Shown: positions 46,409-56,701 of the stretch, piece after piece
Position numbering within the stretch: the stretch's first letter is position 1
Layout: every line of letters begins with the position of its first letter
IMG/VR virus record: IMGVR_UViG_3300035053_000267
Span: 47,748 to 111,747 of that record
Reading direction: 5' to 3' (one strand)
Source of the DNA: a virus
Length of the DNA stretch: 64,000 nt
Notes under the pieces: generated by a model
What the model was told of the DNA's origin: nothing
The model's input: only the letters and a program-made list of their open reading frames with translations
Databases searched by the model: none
Made by a program: the position numbers and the translations under genes

Positions 46409-49321
46409 CTATCCTTCCATAAACTTTTTAATTTGATTTTCCTGGTCCGGTGTAAGCTCCATCATCCATTCATACATTATGTCTATATCTATGTCCAGTT
46501 TTAACCCGTTAGCATTAGGTATCTCTACCATCTTCGACATGCATAAGGGCAGTACATGTTCTGTAACCTCTTTTAACTCATTTAGAGGAACGTATAGAAA
46601 CATAGCATCATGAAAAGGAATAGCAAGCTTAAATTTAAGACGCTTGGTAGTGTCTCTGTGTCTAATTATGTTTATGAAAGATTTTGTAAGCGCTTCTGCT
46701 ACAGTGTTTTGTATTGGGAAGTTTACTGCTTCGCGCTTTTGTTTTGCTCTGATTCCCCGGTCAGGGGTCATAAAAAAATACCTTCTACGTCCGAATGGCG
46801 CCTCTACAAACCCTGGATTGAATACTCTTTTACGCTGTGTCTCCATCCATTCCATAGCGTCAGGAAACTCTTCATTGATAGTTGCCACCAATTTCTTTAC
46901 ATCATTCAGTTCCAGTTCAATTCCGAAGGACATTAATTGCCGCTGCAAAGCTTCAGCACCGCCGCCGTACGTTATTCTGAAGTTTGCTATTTTTGCTGCC
47001 ATTCTAAAAGACTTATACATTTTTTTAACTTCTTTAATTGCGCAATCGAGAGTAAAGGCTTTTATAGCCATCTCTGAATGCATATCTCTGCCTGGATCGG
47101 TAGTGGCCGCCATCATATTGGCGTCGCCAGAGATATATGCCAAACTCTTAAGTTCAGCCTGTTTGTAATCAGCCTCCACAATAACCCATCCATCAGGAGC
47201 GTGTACTGCACTCCTAATAGGATAATAATCTGGGTGTAGAAGTCGCCTTTTTTTCAGCTCCTCTATACTTAAAGCCTCCCAGTTATCGGTTTGCTTGAGG
47301 CGACTAATATCCGGACAGAATATCTGTATCAGCTCTACTTCCTGTTTTTTAGGCCAATTATTTACATTCGGATTGGACGATTTAAACCGACCGGTGTCTG
47401 TAGTGGGAATAAAAGTACTTCTAATGCGGCCATCTGGATCAACACAACCTATAATGCCTTCGTCGTATATCAGCTTTGTTTCCCCGTCGACACACACTTC
47501 TTTAGGCTCTCTGAGAAAGTTTTTTCTGATCTGATCGGCTATTTTAAGCTGTTTCAATAAAAGTACTTCCGGGTGTTCATTACTGATAATGGAAACCGTT
47601 TCCATGTCTGTAGCAGGGCTTACTTTATTACGTTGTATCTCGTCTTTAGGAACAGAATCCCAGTTTCTTGGAGGTTTTTCTGTAGTCTTTATGGGCTTTA
47701 AATACAAAGTATCAGCTTCATCGGGCCTTATCCTGCCTTTTGCTTCCTGCACTCCGAATAAATACTCCCGCACCTGATCGACTGACCTGAAATTGAAATT
47801 GGGCCAGTTGATACTGTTCTCAAACTCAGACTTCATTTCTTGTATTCTAGTCATGAACAGGTGCGTCAGTTTTTTAAGACGATCTACATTAATCGGGAGT
47901 CCGGTTTCTTCCATTTCTTCTACGGCGGCACTACTGGGTTCTAATATATTTATGTACAGATCATACAAAGAAGTATACTCAATCCCGTCCAATGTATATG
48001 GTTTTTCCAACAGTTTAGATTTTAACCCCTCTGTAATGGCGGGCTCCGATTTAGCTACTACAGCAGCGTCTTTAAGAGCATAAGGTATTAAAATTTCATC
48101 CGGAATAAAAGCATATCCAGTTTTGTTGACATTAATTGATTCGGACTTAATGTACATATTTAATGGAAGGTCGTACCTTCCATATGTTGTGTACTCTAAA
48201 GCAACTGATTCGTTTAATCTGAACGAGTCAGCATATGGCTTCAGTAAATGATAAGAAAGCATGGTATCAAACTTGAATGCGTCTTCGCACTGAATACCGT
48301 ACTTTTTAAGCCACTTATAGTCAGATCTGTAATTGTGTCCCGATAGAAACACATTGTCAAGAGTCACTATACTGTTAAGATAAAAAAGAATAGAGGCGAG
48401 ATCTTTAGGCGTAAATACAGGTTCAAGACCTTCTGAAGTTACTGGTATTAAAAAAGCCTCTTCCAAAGACGGAGCAAGTTGAATGCATCTAAGTTGACCA
48501 AAATACAGACTGGACTTTTCAATACCGCCCCATTCGCAGTCTGTTCCTATGGATATACGGCCTTCTCTGGATTTTAAATCATCATATAAATCTTTCATAT
48601 CCGATACGGATTGAATAATTTTATGCTTATCTTTGCTTGCTGTGTGCTTTTTACGGCTGTCAATGTTTATAGAGAAATTACGTATGTCGTTTCTTACCTG
48701 AAACAGCATTTCCGGTTTTGAGTGTATAACTGTTGGGCTGGTGCTTACAAATACATGAGTCGTAAGGTCGCCCATGCTCAAAAATACTTTCTCTACCCCC
48801 CTGAGTTTAGTTAAAGTAGCTTGACGTCCAAAAATAACTTTTACGGGATCTGATCCCAGTAACAGTATGTACTTGGGCTTTACTTCTTCTATTTCTTTAC
48901 GTAAAAGAAATTCGCACTCTTTTACATACTTTACCGGGAACTTTTTAGCAAGGTCTTCAGAATAAAACTTTATAACATTAGTAAAATAAAAAAACCTGTA
49001 CTGCAGTCCGTTCTCTTCAAAAATACTAAATAAAGTTTCAGCAGCTTTGTCTGCGAATGGTTTACCGTATGCCGCGTCTCTAGCTGACGGGCTCTTACCG
49101 ATTACCATAACATCTGCTTTTTGTGGGCCAGGTCCTCTGGCTAGTGTTCTGCCTGGGATAAATATAACTGGTTCTTCAGTTTCTGACTGACTAATCAGTT
49201 TTATCGGCCACGGCTTTCTAAGCATAGCCGAGCATAAAGTTTCAGCATCAAGTTTCATACTGTCAGATGTGTCTTTTATGCTCGGGCCAGGCTCAGTGCT
49301 AAGTTTAATAGCAAAGTTCAT
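46409..49321 (-). CDS. polA: family A DNA polymerase with N-terminal UDG-like domain and 3'-5' exonuclease
   Basis: UDG4-like VMVIGKSP...GKPF; exonuclease DCE, GHNYRSD, YALKDA; polymerase motif A ADYKQAE, B RMAAKIANFRITYG, C HD. Confidence 0.92.
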   Translation of the reverse strand: MNFAIKLSTEPGPSIKDTSDSMKLDAETLCSAMLRKPWPIKLISQSETEEPVIFIPGRTLARGPGPQKADVMVIGKSPSARDAAYGKPFADKAAETLFSIFEENGLQYRFFYFTNVIKFYSEDLAKKFPVKYVKECEFLLRKEIEEVKPKYILLLGSDPVKVIFGRQATLTKLRGVEKVFLSMGDLTTHVFVSTSPTVIHSKPEMLFQVRNDIRNFSINIDSRKKHTASKDKHKIIQSVSDMKDLYDDLKSREGRISIGTDCEWGGIEKSSLYFGQLRCIQLAPSLEEAFLIPVTSEGLEPVFTPKDLASILFYLNSIVTLDNVFLSGHNYRSDYKWLKKYGIQCEDAFKFDTMLSYHLLKPYADSFRLNESVALEYTTYGRYDLPLNMYIKSESINVNKTGYAFIPDEILIPYALKDAAVVAKSEPAITEGLKSKLLEKPYTLDGIEYTSLYDLYINILEPSSAAVEEMEETGLPINVDRLKKLTHLFMTRIQEMKSEFENSINWPNFNFRSVDQVREYLFGVQEAKGRIRPDEADTLYLKPIKTTEKPPRNWDSVPKDEIQRNKVSPATDMETVSIISNEHPEVLLLKQLKIADQIRKNFLREPKEVCVDGETKLIYDEGIIGCVDPDGRIRSTFIPTTDTGRFKSSNPNVNNWPKKQEVELIQIFCPDISRLKQTDNWEALSIEELKKRRLLHPDYYPIRSAVHAPDGWVIVEADYKQAELKSLAYISGDANMMAATTDPGRDMHSEMAIKAFTLDCAIKEVKKMYKSFRMAAKIANFRITYGGGAEALQRQLMSFGIELELNDVKKLVATINEEFPDAMEWMETQRKRVFNPGFVEAPFGRRRYFFMTPDRGIRAKQKREAVNFPIQNTVAEALTKSFINIIRHRDTTKRLKFKLAIPFHDAMFLYVPLNELKEVTEHVLPLCMSKMVEIPNANGLKLDIDIDIMYEWMMELTPDQENQIKKFMEG

Positions 49322-49364
49322 ATTATATAATTATGCCATGTTTTTACTATAACTTTAAACATGA

Positions 49365-51536
49365 CTACACTAAAGGCATAATAGCTTCAAAAGCGTGTAC
49401 TGCCTGAGGAAATGTAAGATGATTGTTATCCTCTTTGCCCCACCAGTCAATAAACTTTTTCTGAACTTCTGTAAACTGCATTTCTTTAGCGCCTTTATTA
49501 TACAGATCCAGCTTTGTTCTAAAAACTTTAAGCTGGCTGTACCATTTAGTCTTTATTTTAACAAGAGCTCCTTCGATGTCTTTAAGAACGGCTCCCTCTA
49601 TGAGGTCTACGTGATATAATGATTTAGCATGCATAATAGCATCACTGGACGACTCGGCCCGGTAAAGTACCTGTTTAAATGGAATATTGAATTCCTTTGC
49701 TAGATCTTCAGCAAGATTGAATGGCATTTTTTTACTGCTGTTATTGTTTACAAAATCCAGCAAAACAATTCGCGGGTATTTATAGTATACTATATGCGGG
49801 TCTACCTCAGAGTCCATAACTTCAAATACGGCTGTAAATCCGTATTCAGCCAGCCATTGTACCAGTTTATTAATATAGCATTTTGATATCTGGCCGGTTA
49901 AAATATCTTTAAACAACTCAGCATGCGGGCCATCAGTTGTAGATTTAGAGGCAAACACCGGGCAATCCCTTGCTTTATCGTACCCGAGCAGCCCTAAAAA
50001 CCCATTATATTTTTCATATAAGTATATAGGCGGCTTAAGGGTATTGATCAGAGTACCTTCACTGCTCTCTATCATTTCATTTATATTAAAAAACTTAGAA
50101 TAGGAGCGTATAACAACGTCCCCTGAATGAAGGGAATAAAACAGCCCTCTCGCTCGTCTGGTTAAATTATCCCATTTACCCTTAGTGAAAGTGTCTCTAT
50201 TATAGTTAAAAGACACTAAAGAGTCATCAGAGCATACAGTTGCTTTGATTCCAGGATGTCTCCACATTTTTTCAATAGTGGAGTTATATGGAAATATAGT
50301 TCTGTTTTCCGGACCTGAAACAGGGAACGGGACAAATGTGTTGTTCTTTATGCTTATTTCAGTAAAAGGCCCAGGGCCCAGCTCTACAATCCGTAAGCAG
50401 TCCCCAAATTCCACGTCTCCTTGCAGGTTATAGCTGTATTTTGCAGGGTGAACAGGCATCGATGTGGTGTTTCTATGCCCATGAATCTGGTACACTGGAA
50501 CAGCATCAGTAAGCCTTACAAACGATTCAACATTAGACGAGAATATTTCATCAACAGGTAAATTGTAGCCTCCAACTCCTTTTATAAGTTGATCAGCATT
50601 GGCATACAGGAAATTATCGGGCATTTTAGTTATGCCGCCGTGTGTCACTACTACAGGCAGCCCATTAAAAGTATAATAAGCCATTTGAGCCATTTTTCTA
50701 TACAGTCTACGCAGATCAGAGGGCGTAACACCAGAACTCTCAAGCTCCTTAAGTGTTTTTACAAAATCTTTCGACAGAATATCGTTACCATGTAAAAAAT
50801 CCCTTATATGATATTCATGGTTGCCTTCCAATAATAAAACATTATCTCTGGCAATCAGCTTATTTAAAAACTGGTACACTTCCACTGTATTTGGGCCTCT
50901 GTCAAAATAGTCCCCTACGAATATATAGAAAACATCGTCAAGAAGGCCTCCTGTATCGGTAAAATACTTTAAAAGAGGCTCATAACAGCTGTGAATGTCG
51001 CCTATATGCACTATTTTTCTGTATTTTGACGTAAGATCCATAGGTGAGTACAGAACATCATTAAAGCTGTTTATGGCAGTAAAGTAACAAGGGGGTTTAA
51101 ATTCAACACACTTTCGGTACTGTTCGACTACAACGCTATCAGGAACTTTTTTCCAAGATTGTCTGAGGTTATTTCTTTCTGAAAAATCCTCTAAAGTACC
51201 TGTTTTCGTAAAATCTATGACGTATCCCCTGTACTTATACGCTTCCATCAGTTTTTTATACTTTTTGAAGCTTTTAGCTGTGGTGTGTGTAGCGTCAATT
51301 ACAGTGAACGCCCCTTTTTTCATTCTTTTTTCCAGTATATTTGGAAGCATGTCTCCCCATATATACTTATTGGACCTTTGAGATATCGCCATATTGCCCG
51401 ACTCAGTCATTTCCAGCCCGTCAATTAAAAGTCTTAATGAGTCGGGGCACACTGTAAACGGTTCAAGACCGTTTTCTCTGATAAAGGTGCTTTTACCGGA
51501 TCCAGACGGACCTCTAAGTACTAGCAGTGTTCTCAT
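49365..51536 (-). CDS. polynucleotide kinase / metallophosphoesterase / RNA ligase (PNKP-like)
   Basis: GPSGSGKST, DATH; GDIH, GDYFDRG, GNHE, HGH; ligase ARGLF, EKYNG, FE, EG, KIKT. Confidence 0.88.
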   Translation of the reverse strand: MRTLLVLRGPSGSGKSTFIRENGLEPFTVCPDSLRLLIDGLEMTESGNMAISQRSNKYIWGDMLPNILEKRMKKGAFTVIDATHTTAKSFKKYKKLMEAYKYRGYVIDFTKTGTLEDFSERNNLRQSWKKVPDSVVVEQYRKCVEFKPPCYFTAINSFNDVLYSPMDLTSKYRKIVHIGDIHSCYEPLLKYFTDTGGLLDDVFYIFVGDYFDRGPNTVEVYQFLNKLIARDNVLLLEGNHEYHIRDFLHGNDILSKDFVKTLKELESSGVTPSDLRRLYRKMAQMAYYTFNGLPVVVTHGGITKMPDNFLYANADQLIKGVGGYNLPVDEIFSSNVESFVRLTDAVPVYQIHGHRNTTSMPVHPAKYSYNLQGDVEFGDCLRIVELGPGPFTEISIKNNTFVPFPVSGPENRTIFPYNSTIEKMWRHPGIKATVCSDDSLVSFNYNRDTFTKGKWDNLTRRARGLFYSLHSGDVVIRSYSKFFNINEMIESSEGTLINTLKPPIYLYEKYNGFLGLLGYDKARDCPVFASKSTTDGPHAELFKDILTGQISKCYINKLVQWLAEYGFTAVFEVMDSEVDPHIVYYKYPRIVLLDFVNNNSSKKMPFNLAEDLAKEFNIPFKQVLYRAESSSDAIMHAKSLYHVDLIEGAVLKDIEGALVKIKTKWYSQLKVFRTKLDLYNKGAKEMQFTEVQKKFIDWWGKEDNNHLTFPQAVHAFEAIMPLV

Positions 51537-52587
51537 TGTTTATTTTTCTCATTATTTGCAGCCATATTTCATTCCTTGATACCGATCCGGCATCCTTACT
51601 TGTATCAAAATTCAATTTAATAACTCTATTCCATGTTTCTGACATTTCATCGTAGAGTTTATTCAACTCATCTTCGGCGTCAGGGTCTAGAGCCAGAACG
51701 GCTGTTGCTCCGTATTTTCCCCATTTATTCCACAATATATCCTTTTGCTTAAAAGATACGTTCTTTCCCAGAACGGCTACGGAATGGGTTTTTCCGACTC
51801 TTATAGCATCAAACGGTCCCTCACATATAACGACTATATCTTTATTGAGAGAGGCTCTATACTCGTTATACAGTAATCTGGATTTTTTGGTTCCTCTGCT
51901 CGTTCTGTATTTTGGAATGTGTTTAAACGGCGGTTTATCAGAATTTAAATCTGCATTAAACCACCTGGCCTGCCATCCAAGCAAACCAAAGTCAAAATCG
52001 TTAGAGTACCCATATATGGGTATTATTATTCGTCTGTTTTTTGGCAATACGCTGCTTTCAGTACACAGACGTATGTCCCAATCTTCATCGAGCTCAGACG
52101 CACTAAAATGTCTAGTAGACACTAAATAGTTATAAACAGGATGCGATTTGTCTATGTCTTTAATGGAAACACATTTTCCTGGAAAATCAGTATGTTCCAG
52201 TTTTGCTTCATACCCCTGACGTATAACATATGAGCCCAGACTTCTATTGTCTCTAACCATGTTTAAAAGTTTTTTAAAATTATCGGAATCCTGCTCACAG
52301 TGTTCGTTGTAACAGACTACTAAATGTAAAAGAGACTGTCCCTTAAACTTAGAGTCCCACCGGTGATTAAACCACAGTCTGAACCTGCTGTCCTTACAGA
52401 ATGGGCAGCATACTTGGTAATACTCACCGGCTTGCAGGATTTCTACCCGTTTTTTTCTGCCTTCTGATCTTAGAGCAGGGGTTATAACCTTAGCTATAAA
52501 CCCCTGCCCTTCGTTGGCTATTTTCACTTCATTAAAAACACGTTTAAGTGTATTATAAAGTTTAGGGTTCAGTGGTTTGACAGTCAT
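51514..52587 (-). CDS. dnaG: DNA primase (Zn finger plus TOPRIM)
   Basis: CPFC...CYNEHC; ICEGPFD; DPD. Confidence 0.85.
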   Translation of the reverse strand: MTVKPLNPKLYNTLKRVFNEVKIANEGQGFIAKVITPALRSEGRKKRVEILQAGEYYQVCCPFCKDSRFRLWFNHRWDSKFKGQSLLHLVVCYNEHCEQDSDNFKKLLNMVRDNRSLGSYVIRQGYEAKLEHTDFPGKCVSIKDIDKSHPVYNYLVSTRHFSASELDEDWDIRLCTESSVLPKNRRIIIPIYGYSNDFDFGLLGWQARWFNADLNSDKPPFKHIPKYRTSRGTKKSRLLYNEYRASLNKDIVVICEGPFDAIRVGKTHSVAVLGKNVSFKQKDILWNKWGKYGATAVLALDPDAEDELNKLYDEMSETWNRVIKLNFDTSKDAGSVSRNEIWLQIMRKINNENTAST

Positions 52588-54011
52588 AATCTTATTTCGT
52601 TTGATATTACACTGGATGGAGAGTAACTGTCTTCTGTATCTCTTGTGTCTATGAATTTATTCCCAGCCATGCAGAACCTGTCTGGGTGGTATTCAAACCT
52701 GTAGTGCTCACCATTCAATAAAATAATGTATTCTCCACCTTTTGTATTTCTTCTTTTTGTATTCACCAGCCAGCAACACCCTTTTTCATCGGTAGTACCT
52801 AAAGACAGACAGTACGGCATCCAGTTATCAAACGATCGGTCCTCGGCGGACTCGCCTTGTTTTGGTTTTCTTATGGGGGCGGCATTTTTGTAATCTGTGC
52901 TGGTCTGATGGAGTAAAAGAAAGGAGCACCCCATATCGCTGCCTATGTCCATAAGATTTCCAACAAAAGTCTGCATCACTGTTCGTCTGCTTTCCAGCGG
53001 TATATTGTGTGCCGACATATACCTGTGAACCATCGGAAGAAACTGATTAAGAGCAATAAAACTGATATGACGATTCTTTTTATCGTATTCTCTCAGTAAG
53101 GCCTTAATTTCAGCAATGCCTCCGGTTCCAGAGTATTGAGAGTCCTTCATATCCTGGACGATAATGTAATCTCTGGCGTACTCTTCTTCAGCCTGTCTTA
53201 ATTGTTTTAAGTATTTAGAGTCTTCTTTGAAATCGGTTAGAGAAGTTGTAGCCTGGACCACAGTTCGCGGTATGCCACCTATAAACCCGTAAAATCGTCG
53301 GCTTATTTCAGGACACACAGGATTTTCATACTCGAAATATGCTGATCTTATATGCTTTTTACCAAGCATACACACCAGTTGAGCGGCAAGAGTTGTTTTG
53401 CCTCCTCCTGATGGTCCCAGCATGCCGTAGACTTCTCCGTCTGATATGCCTCCTCCTATAAGAACATCCACAGGTTCAAAGCCTATTTCTGTTTTCGGTG
53501 GGGCTTCAAATATCTCTTTTCCGGGTGTGAACAGGTTTATTTCATTTCCGGTATTGATCCTTGATTCTTCATAAGCTTTGTTTATTATCTGAAGCTTATT
53601 TTCAACGTCTTCAATATCGTCAATTATTGCCGGCTTGACCCTGCGTTCATTCAGGAATTTCTGGGCTTTGGGTATAATGTATTGAGGCTCAAAAGCATCT
53701 GCCGGTATGGCGTATATCCCATCAATAACTGAGTAGAGTGTTTTTAATTCACTTTCAGTTATAAAGTCCGGGTCTTCAACAATTCTTTCGAGAATATACA
53801 TATGTAGAAGACTCTGTGGCAGTTCTTTATTGTTTTCTTTATACCACTCCAGTCCAACGTCCCATAACAGAGCAAAATACTTTTCTTCTGGAATTTTAAA
53901 ATCAGAGGGTCTGAGAATATTAATAAATTTTTCAGCTATGTCGACTGATCTCAGTAAACTGGCTATAAACAGCAGTTTAAACTGAAGATCTAGCTCTTGT
54001 CGTTTATTCAT
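52584..54011 (-). CDS. dnaB: DnaB-like replicative helicase
   Basis: GPSGGGKT, FEYE, LLHQ, KRRN; adjacent to the primase. Confidence 0.8.
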   Translation of the reverse strand: MNKRQELDLQFKLLFIASLLRSVDIAEKFINILRPSDFKIPEEKYFALLWDVGLEWYKENNKELPQSLLHMYILERIVEDPDFITESELKTLYSVIDGIYAIPADAFEPQYIIPKAQKFLNERRVKPAIIDDIEDVENKLQIINKAYEESRINTGNEINLFTPGKEIFEAPPKTEIGFEPVDVLIGGGISDGEVYGMLGPSGGGKTTLAAQLVCMLGKKHIRSAYFEYENPVCPEISRRFYGFIGGIPRTVVQATTSLTDFKEDSKYLKQLRQAEEEYARDYIIVQDMKDSQYSGTGGIAEIKALLREYDKKNRHISFIALNQFLPMVHRYMSAHNIPLESRRTVMQTFVGNLMDIGSDMGCSFLLLHQTSTDYKNAAPIRKPKQGESAEDRSFDNWMPYCLSLGTTDEKGCCWLVNTKRRNTKGGEYIILLNGEHYRFEYHPDRFCMAGNKFIDTRDTEDSYSPSSVISNEIRL

Positions 54012-54612
54012 TTTCCAGTAATTCTATGATATCTGAAAAAACCATTTTATACGCAGATCTGTTGCTGGCTATTTTCAGTTGGTTCTTTGCTGATTTTTTG
54101 AATTTATCTGCTTGTTCGCGCTCGTTCTGTGTGACTAAAATACAGTATTTAAACAGATCAGAAAAACCATTTACAGGGTTTTCCAGTATTGTATCTATGG
54201 ATACTGATGTATTTTCAGTTAATTCAGACAGTTTATTTATCTGCTTGATAACCCTGTTAGACGCGGTGCAGCTTTGTGTCTTAATATACTCTTTATAGTT
54301 GTTTTCAGCTTTTTTCCCCGTTAAACAGTTACAGAAAGTGTCCTCTCCATACCTGTCAAACTGAGCCTCAACCCAGTCTTCAATTTTGGCTTCGTTTTTG
54401 ATTATGTATTTCGCAGCCCGGATGATAGACGTGTTGTTTCTTTTGCTGTCTTTATACCTATAATGAGTATAGACCCTTCTTCTACGCTGGGTATAAGCCT
54501 CTATAAGATAGTCAACTATCTCATAAAAGTCTCCCGGCATAAGATTATTGTCACAAAGCCACTGGGGTGTCACCTCGCCGTCGGGACTTATAAACATGGA
54601 TGCATCAATCAT
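54004..54612 (-). CDS. hypothetical protein (replication block)
   Basis: operonic. Confidence 0.6.
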   Translation of the reverse strand: MIDASMFISPDGEVTPQWLCDNNLMPGDFYEIVDYLIEAYTQRRRRVYTHYRYKDSKRNNTSIIRAAKYIIKNEAKIEDWVEAQFDRYGEDTFCNCLTGKKAENNYKEYIKTQSCTASNRVIKQINKLSELTENTSVSIDTILENPVNGFSDLFKYCILVTQNEREQADKFKKSAKNQLKIASNRSAYKMVFSDIIELLENE

Positions 54613-56080
54613 GTGTTACAATCTCCCAGTTTCTCTCTTTATAGAACTTAATTCTATTAAGAGCTCTTGACCTCATCCAAGGATCCCACATGTCGCTTGA
54701 GTCCACTACAATGCCAAGTTTTTTATTCTTGTTTACTCTTGTACCACGACCGGTCCACTGTATGGAATTTATTTCTCCTGATGGGGCACTAGCTATACAT
54801 ACTATGTCCAGATAAGTGAAATCCACTCCGGTTCCCCACGTTCCTGTGGCAATTACCCGTTTCAGCTTATCATTTTCAAAGTCCTGAAGCATGGTTTCTT
54901 TTTCAGAATCCGACAATGGTTTGAAGTCCTCATCAAGCATTCCCCACCGAATGTATTTTTGACTGCTCCTTTTATTTAAACTGCTGTACACTAATGTATA
55001 ATCGTTAAAGAAATAGTGCTTTAAAAATATCGCATGATCGAACGTATCAACCAGAATAAGTATTTGTGGATCGTCTCTGATACATTCCAGATCCATACAT
55101 TTGTTTACGCATTCGTACAGTGCCTTATTCCTTACATTGTTTCTCCATATACATTTTCTTTTTTTAACTATTTTAGTGCTCATTGTTGCAGAGCATAGTT
55201 TGCATTTAGAAGAATCAACGCCAGCCAGGTGGACCTGCATTTTAGCTACATAGTTTTTACTTTCGGCGTCCTGGTACTTAATTTCTGTTATTACAGGACC
55301 GGCTAAGGCTTCGATTACCGGTTCGGCCCCGTCTGACCTGCCTTTTGGTGTCGCAGTGAGTCCGAATACTTTTTGTGGAGCGTTAATTGAGGCTATGTTG
55401 GCAGACAGTTTAGGTGCAGCTATCTTATGACACTCATCTAGAATAAGTATATTGCACTTATCTACTGGGGCTTTCATGATGCTGCTGTGAGTGCATACAG
55501 ATATGCGCCTGGGATCGTTTTTACCTCCGCCCACCTGCCCTACATCCAAGCCCGCAGCAATTAGCCTTCTTGTCGTATTGGATACGAGCTGACGCCCAGG
55601 TGTGGATATAATAATCCATGCTTTTGGGTACAGTTGGCATACTACTCTTTGAATAAATGTTTTTCCAAAAGCTGTTGGAGCGACAATAGTGCCTATATCT
55701 TTAGCAATTATACTGGCAACTATAACATCTTGCCCTTCTCTTAAAGAGTATTCTTCTAACAGAAGTCTTATATTGTTATAATTCGGCACTAATAACGGAC
55801 TGGGTTCGTCCAGATCTTTGTATGTTGACTGAATTCCAAACTTATTGAAAACATTACGAACTCTACTGAGAAATCCACGCAATGTATACAGAGTATTCGT
55901 TTTAGTGTCGTGTTTATACAGTTTGAGCCTTTCAAACTTCATTTTTGAAGAGCCGGCGAATCCTGTGTAATCCTGTACTCTTTTAGTGTATGTCAGCTCG
56001 TTTTCTAGCAAACTTATATAAGCCGGAGTTATTTCAAGAATGTTTCCGGATTTAAATATTCTCGCTGGTTTGTGGGGCGT
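54605..56080 (-). CDS. superfamily 2 helicase (UvsW-like); start may be ACG at 56080 rather than TTG at 56011
   Basis: APTAFGKT, DECH, TAT, TGVD, QWTGRGTR. Confidence 0.85.
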   Translation of the reverse strand, partial: TPHKPARIFKSGNILEITPAYISLLENELTYTKRVQDYTGFAGSSKMKFERLKLYKHDTKTNTLYTLRGFLSRVRNVFNKFGIQSTYKDLDEPSPLLVPNYNNIRLLLEEYSLREGQDVIVASIIAKDIGTIVAPTAFGKTFIQRVVCQLYPKAWIIISTPGRQLVSNTTRRLIAAGLDVGQVGGGKNDPRRISVCTHSSIMKAPVDKCNILILDECHKIAAPKLSANIASINAPQKVFGLTATPKGRSDGAEPVIEALAGPVITEIKYQDAESKNYVAKMQVHLAGVDSSKCKLCSATMSTKIVKKRKCIWRNNVRNKALYECVNKCMDLECIRDDPQILILVDTFDHAIFLKHYFFNDYTLVYSSLNKRSSQKYIRWGMLDEDFKPLSDSEKETMLQDFENDKLKRVIATGTWGTGVDFTYLDIVCIASAPSGEINSIQWTGRGTRVNKNKKLGIVVDSSDMWDPWMRSRALNRIKFYKERNWEIVTHD

Positions 56081-56693
56081 AACTTCCCTCTCTGATTTGT
56101 TTGTTTCTTTCCGCTAATATTTTAATATTGTTGTTTCTGAACTTATCAAAATCTTTTTGATTCATTGATTTGAGTTTTATGGTTTTAAAATAATCAACTA
56201 TATTTTTTATATTAACTGGAGTGTAGTCCCATAAATTGGCAGACACTTCTATAGCTCTTGAGTTTTCAATCTCAGGCATGCTTCCATGTGAATGGGCGTA
56301 AACATGCCCCGAGCCGTGTATTTTGCCAGGCCAGGTTCTCATAGCATAATGACAGAACACAATAGGCAATCCATAGAACTGTTTAACATATATGTGAGAT
56401 ATATGTCTGAAATGACTCTTTGCGGCTTCAGACATTCTGTCATGATTTCCGACAACCAGTATTTTAATCCCGTTCAATTTATGTAACAGGAAATTATGTC
56501 TGCCGAAAGACAGGTCGCCGGCAATAATTATTAAATCCTTTTTACCTACTATGGTATTGTGGTTTTCTATCAATGCCTCGTTATGTTCTTCTATGGAGTC
56601 AAAGGGTCGGTTATCATATTTTAATGCGTTTTCATGATAAAAATGATAGTCACCCAGCACGAAGGCCTGTTCTGCATTAAAAGGTAATGACAT
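56052..56693 (-). CDS. calcineurin-like metallophosphoesterase
   Basis: GDYH, GDL, GNHD, HY, HSH. Confidence 0.85.
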   Translation of the reverse strand: MSLPFNAEQAFVLGDYHFYHENALKYDNRPFDSIEEHNEALIENHNTIVGKKDLIIIAGDLSFGRHNFLLHKLNGIKILVVGNHDRMSEAAKSHFRHISHIYVKQFYGLPIVFCHYAMRTWPGKIHGSGHVYAHSHGSMPEIENSRAIEVSANLWDYTPVNIKNIVDYFKTIKLKSMNQKDFDKFRNNNIKILAERNKQIREGSYAPQTSENI

Positions 56694-56701
56694 AGTTCCG
56701 C

